Below, in pieces: positions 60,887-64,000 of a DNA stretch of 64,000 nucleotides. A model generated the notes under the pieces. The model was given only the letters and a program-made list of their open reading frames with translations. It did not search any database and was not told the origin of the DNA. Source of the stretch: Spirochaetia bacterium (GTDB taxonomy: Bacteria > Spirochaetota > Spirochaetia > SZUA-6 > Bin103); contig CBDBOV010000004.1 in NCBI GenBank assembly GCA_965208575.1, positions 448,001-512,000 on the forward strand, in the 5' to 3' direction. The position numbers and the translations under genes were made by a program. Position 1 is the first letter of the stretch, and each line of letters begins with the position of its first letter.

Positions 60887-61485
60887 ACGTTCCTCCGTAT
60901 GTGGATTCTCGAGAGTATTGCGTAGCGGCTTGCCGCTCCCTGGCTACTCTCGCGCCCGCAACGCAGGCGGCCAGACAGAGTCGAATGGGTGACGCGCGCG
61001 GCGTGTGACTCAGCGGGTTCATACCCGGCTCACGCCGCGCGCGCGTGCGGTTCTTTGAGTATCATTCGAGCCTCCTGTGCGCCGGTAAAACCGGCAAGGT
61101 GTTGTGAATGGAAGAGTCATACGTCGAAGGGTTAGCGACCCACGGCGGCTCCGAGTCATGCGCCGCCGCCCGCGAGGGCGGGGGTGAAGCGTTGACAGGG
61201 GTACGTGCGGGCCGGGTATCAAGCCGCCACGCGTGGCGGTGGTCTGAGCAGCAGTGAGTCTGAATGGCCGCCAACGCCGGCGGTGGGTTTTGCGCGCAGT
61301 TAGTCGCGGGCGGGGATCCGGCACGGTCGCGGTCGCCGACAACGGCATGGGCGGCCCGCATGCCGGTTCGGCTATGGACGGAGCCGGTGCCACCGATAGC
61401 TACGGCGGTAGTGGAGGCGATGGCGTGCGCGGGGGCGCGTAGGGGGCGATCAGCCTGAGCGGTTAATGCTTTTTCTAATAAAGAG

Positions 61486-61543
<58 letters not shown>

Positions 61544-61630
61544 TATGCACCGGTCGCGTCACAGCGAACCGGTCACTGCGCTGCCTGTCACCATGGCGCT
61601 TCATCGGCATCCGTCGACCTCAAGCCAAGT

Positions 61631-61659
61631 ATGATAGCGTGGGCGCGGCGCACTGTCAA
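61631..61659 (-). promoter_or_regulatory. Near-consensus sigma70 promoter TTGACA-17-TATCAT
   Basis: Plus-strand TGTCAA at 61654-61659 and ATGATA at 61631-61636. Confidence 0.75.
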
Positions 61660-61675
61660 CGACTCGGAACTCACG

Positions 61676-63209
61676 GGGTGCATTCCGTCAGTGTGGTAGC
61701 GGTCAGGCAGCCTCAAGCTGGATCTGGTTGGATTCTGGGGTGGGCGATGAGGGCAACAGGCTCTCGAAATCGTCCCAGAAGCGACGGCTCTTCGCCGAAG
61801 CGCGGAGCTGAAGCATCTCCTTGGCTCCGTCCAGCGACCAAGTCATCCCACTCTGCTTCATGCGCTTGGCGACGACGTTCTTGCAGGCTCCCTCGACTAT
61901 ACCGCTGCCGATCGGCAGACCGCACGATCGATACAGCGGGTAGTCCATGCGGTGCTGGTTGGCCGTGAAGTAGTTGATCTCGCCCTGGAGGTCGTAGCAC
62001 TGCTTCTCGCTGTAGCGGCCACTGACGTGCAGTTCCTGCAGTTCCTTGATTACGGCGGCGACGCAGCCCTTGCGCAGCAGGCTGCGCCAGCGCTTGAAGG
62101 ATCTCTTGAACTGCTCGCTGCCCTCGCCGTACAACACCTTGCCGATCTTCCCCAAGTGGTCGCAGGCATGCCAGAAATCGAGGATGTGCCAGACCTTCTG
62201 CCCGGGTTCGGACAGCTGGGAGACCCGGTCCCATATCCAATGCGCTCCATCGCCCAGAATCACCAGCACCAGCGCTGCCAGGTGAGCGCTGCGCCGGCTC
62301 ATTTCCACCTCGATCCGGGGAAAGAACTCATCAGCATGCTCGATCCCGGTGACACAGGAGGTCTTGGTGCAGTGCGCTGCACCCTCCCGGTCCACCTTCA
62401 CCGCTGATACCGTCGCTACCTTGGAGTCCCGAAACACGCGATCGTAACTCTTTTTCCCATCTTCAGTTACCCGCTCGTTCGCGCGTGTCGCCACCTTCCC
62501 CGCGTCGATGCCCACGACCATCGTCCCGGTGATCTCTTCGCGCACCGCCACCGGCTCGTCGGCACGCTCGACAATCTCCCGCTGGCGTTGCTCCGCCAAC
62601 CCGTCAGTAACCGCCCGCACCATCTCGAACGCCTTGTTCATCGACACCAGCTCCCGCCCGTCAGGCCGCAACACCTCGTGGAATTGCGCCAGACCCTGCT
62701 CGTAGGACTGCTCGGCGCACCACCGCGCCATGAAGTACTGGCACCCAGGCGTGTACCCGCCCGCGATACCCAGTTGCTCTGTCAGCGGCACCCACCCCTT
62801 GCCACCGCCACCGAGCGGCGCGTAGTAGGCGCGCACCAAGGTGATCACGCCGAACAGCCCATGCAGCGTCTTCCGCCGTCTCCCGACAAAGCGGTACCGA
62901 ACCTCGCCGCGGGTTGCGCGCGCACCGACATACCCATCACCGACTTGCTCACACCAGCGTTGCATCGCTGCACGTCCCGCAGCCACCAGGCACTTCAGCA
63001 TACCGAGCTCCGCGGCGAGCAGATCCCGTGGTCCGCTGCACGGGTTCAGGTCAATCCCGCACCGGGTCTTGCAAAACCGGAGCAACTCCGTTACCAAGGT
63101 CTCACTCATTTTGGTCCCCTCCCAGAGACAGGTCGATGTTTACCACATCACCGAATCTCTGGTCTCTGGGAGGGTTCCTATTCCGCTACCACAGAGAAAG
63201 AATGCACCC
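61676..63209 (-). mobile_element. ISKra4-family IS with 9-bp target duplication GAACTCACG
   Basis: IRs GGGTGCATTC..TGTGGTAGCGG / CCGCTACCACA..GAATGCACCC; DR at 61667-61675 and 63210-63218. Confidence 0.88.
61703..63109 (-). CDS. ISKra4 (UPF0236) transposase
   Basis: GIDAG, LGDGAHWIW, ILDFWHACDHL, MDYP.YR..GLPIGSGIVEGACK..RMKQSGMTW. Confidence 0.92.
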   Translation of the reverse strand: MSETLVTELLRFCKTRCGIDLNPCSGPRDLLAAELGMLKCLVAAGRAAMQRWCEQVGDGYVGARATRGEVRYRFVGRRRKTLHGLFGVITLVRAYYAPLGGGGKGWVPLTEQLGIAGGYTPGCQYFMARWCAEQSYEQGLAQFHEVLRPDGRELVSMNKAFEMVRAVTDGLAEQRQREIVERADEPVAVREEITGTMVVGIDAGKVATRANERVTEDGKKSYDRVFRDSKVATVSAVKVDREGAAHCTKTSCVTGIEHADEFFPRIEVEMSRRSAHLAALVLVILGDGAHWIWDRVSQLSEPGQKVWHILDFWHACDHLGKIGKVLYGEGSEQFKRSFKRWRSLLRKGCVAAVIKELQELHVSGRYSEKQCYDLQGEINYFTANQHRMDYPLYRSCGLPIGSGIVEGACKNVVAKRMKQSGMTWSLDGAKEMLQLRASAKSRRFWDDFESLLPSSPTPESNQIQLEAA

Positions 63210-63311
63210 GAACTCACGGGTGCGAACGCCGAAAGCGGTAGCAAATCATTGACTCTGAGGCGGAAAAAAGGTCTACCTACCCCACGACACCACACCATGG
63301 GGAGGTAGACC

Positions 63312-64000
63312 ATGAATACGGAAGGACTTATAACGGCCGCCGAGGGCCTTGTCAAGGAGTTGCAAGGGCGCATCAACGGCGGCCGGATGGATCTCCAGGA
63401 GGCGGAAGCCAAGATCCTTGAGATGGTGAACTGGATCGGCGACGAGATGGTGCAGGAAGTGGTAGCCGGACTCGCGGAGCCGACATCCGCCAACCAGATC
63501 ACGGTTGGCGGTGAGGTGGCAGTGTTCGAGCGGGTGCGTAACCTGCGGTTCATCAACCGCTTCGGCGAAGAAGTGGTGCACCCGCGGCGCTGCTACCGGT
63601 ACCGGCACCGGAGCGGAGGCGTGGCGCCGCTGGATGTGAAGCTGGGGATCGACGGGTGCTTCGGATTCTCACCGCTGATGACGTACCTGATCTGCATGCT
63701 GGGCGCGGATGAGTCGTATGCCGGTGCAGCGGCAAAACTGGAGGCGATGCTCGGGTTCAAGGTGAGCTCGACGGCGGTGCAGCGCACTACCGAGAAGACG
63801 GGAGAGCGGATACCCGATACCCCCGACGATCTAATTGATGAGCAGCGTCAGCGGCAGCCATGTTCCCTGATGGTGGTCGAGGTAGACGGAACGACGAGCC
63901 CGCAGATCACGGAGCAGGAAGGGATTACTGGTCTTGCCAGCCTCCGGGCGCCGACCTGTTACAAGGAGTGCAACCTGATAGTCATCGAGAAGCACGATGA
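63312..64000 (+). CDS. Second ISKra4-like transposase, partial
   Basis: GGAGG SD; MNTEGL...RFINRFGE...PLDVKLGI..FSP..VVEVDG..YKECNL; element end GGGTGCG at about 63218. Confidence 0.75.
   Translation, partial: MNTEGLITAAEGLVKELQGRINGGRMDLQEAEAKILEMVNWIGDEMVQEVVAGLAEPTSANQITVGGEVAVFERVRNLRFINRFGEEVVHPRRCYRYRHRSGGVAPLDVKLGIDGCFGFSPLMTYLICMLGADESYAGAAAKLEAMLGFKVSSTAVQRTTEKTGERIPDTPDDLIDEQRQRQPCSLMVVEVDGTTSPQITEQEGITGLASLRAPTCYKECNLIVIEKHD

Overview
High-GC bacterial chromosomal window. The host is inferred to be a Spirochaetota-type organism, from SBP N-termini of the 'LFAGGEGE / WAAGAEEE' type. Bases 1-26 kb are mostly metabolic: a Zn-amidohydrolase, an RCK potassium channel, a mevalonate operon (class II HMG-CoA reductase, mvaD, PMK, MVK) interrupted by a decayed PIN/RHH toxin-antitoxin pair, miaB, Fic, AAA_14, a DIP1984-like gene, an adenosine deaminase-like gene, a DUF222-type HNH nuclease with an internal 81-bp palindromic array, PhyH, and a family-5 ABC/rhaM/GH78 rhamnoside operon. 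Bases 26-64 kb form an accessory mosaic: IS1634, an rve/IS481-like element with nested cargo, a tandem IS5/IS1182-like dimer, two ISKra4-type elements, two DUF433/DUF5615 TA pairs, four more ATPase-less family-5 ABC operons (two in visibly lower-GC paralogous cassettes with conserved leaders) and many gene fragments. The best candidate for an undescribed system is the DIP1984-like gene followed immediately by a ~200-nt closed, multi-hairpin putative ncRNA carrying five periodic CAGC motifs (13361-14112). All calls were made by eye from the sequence and ORF track; no searches were run.
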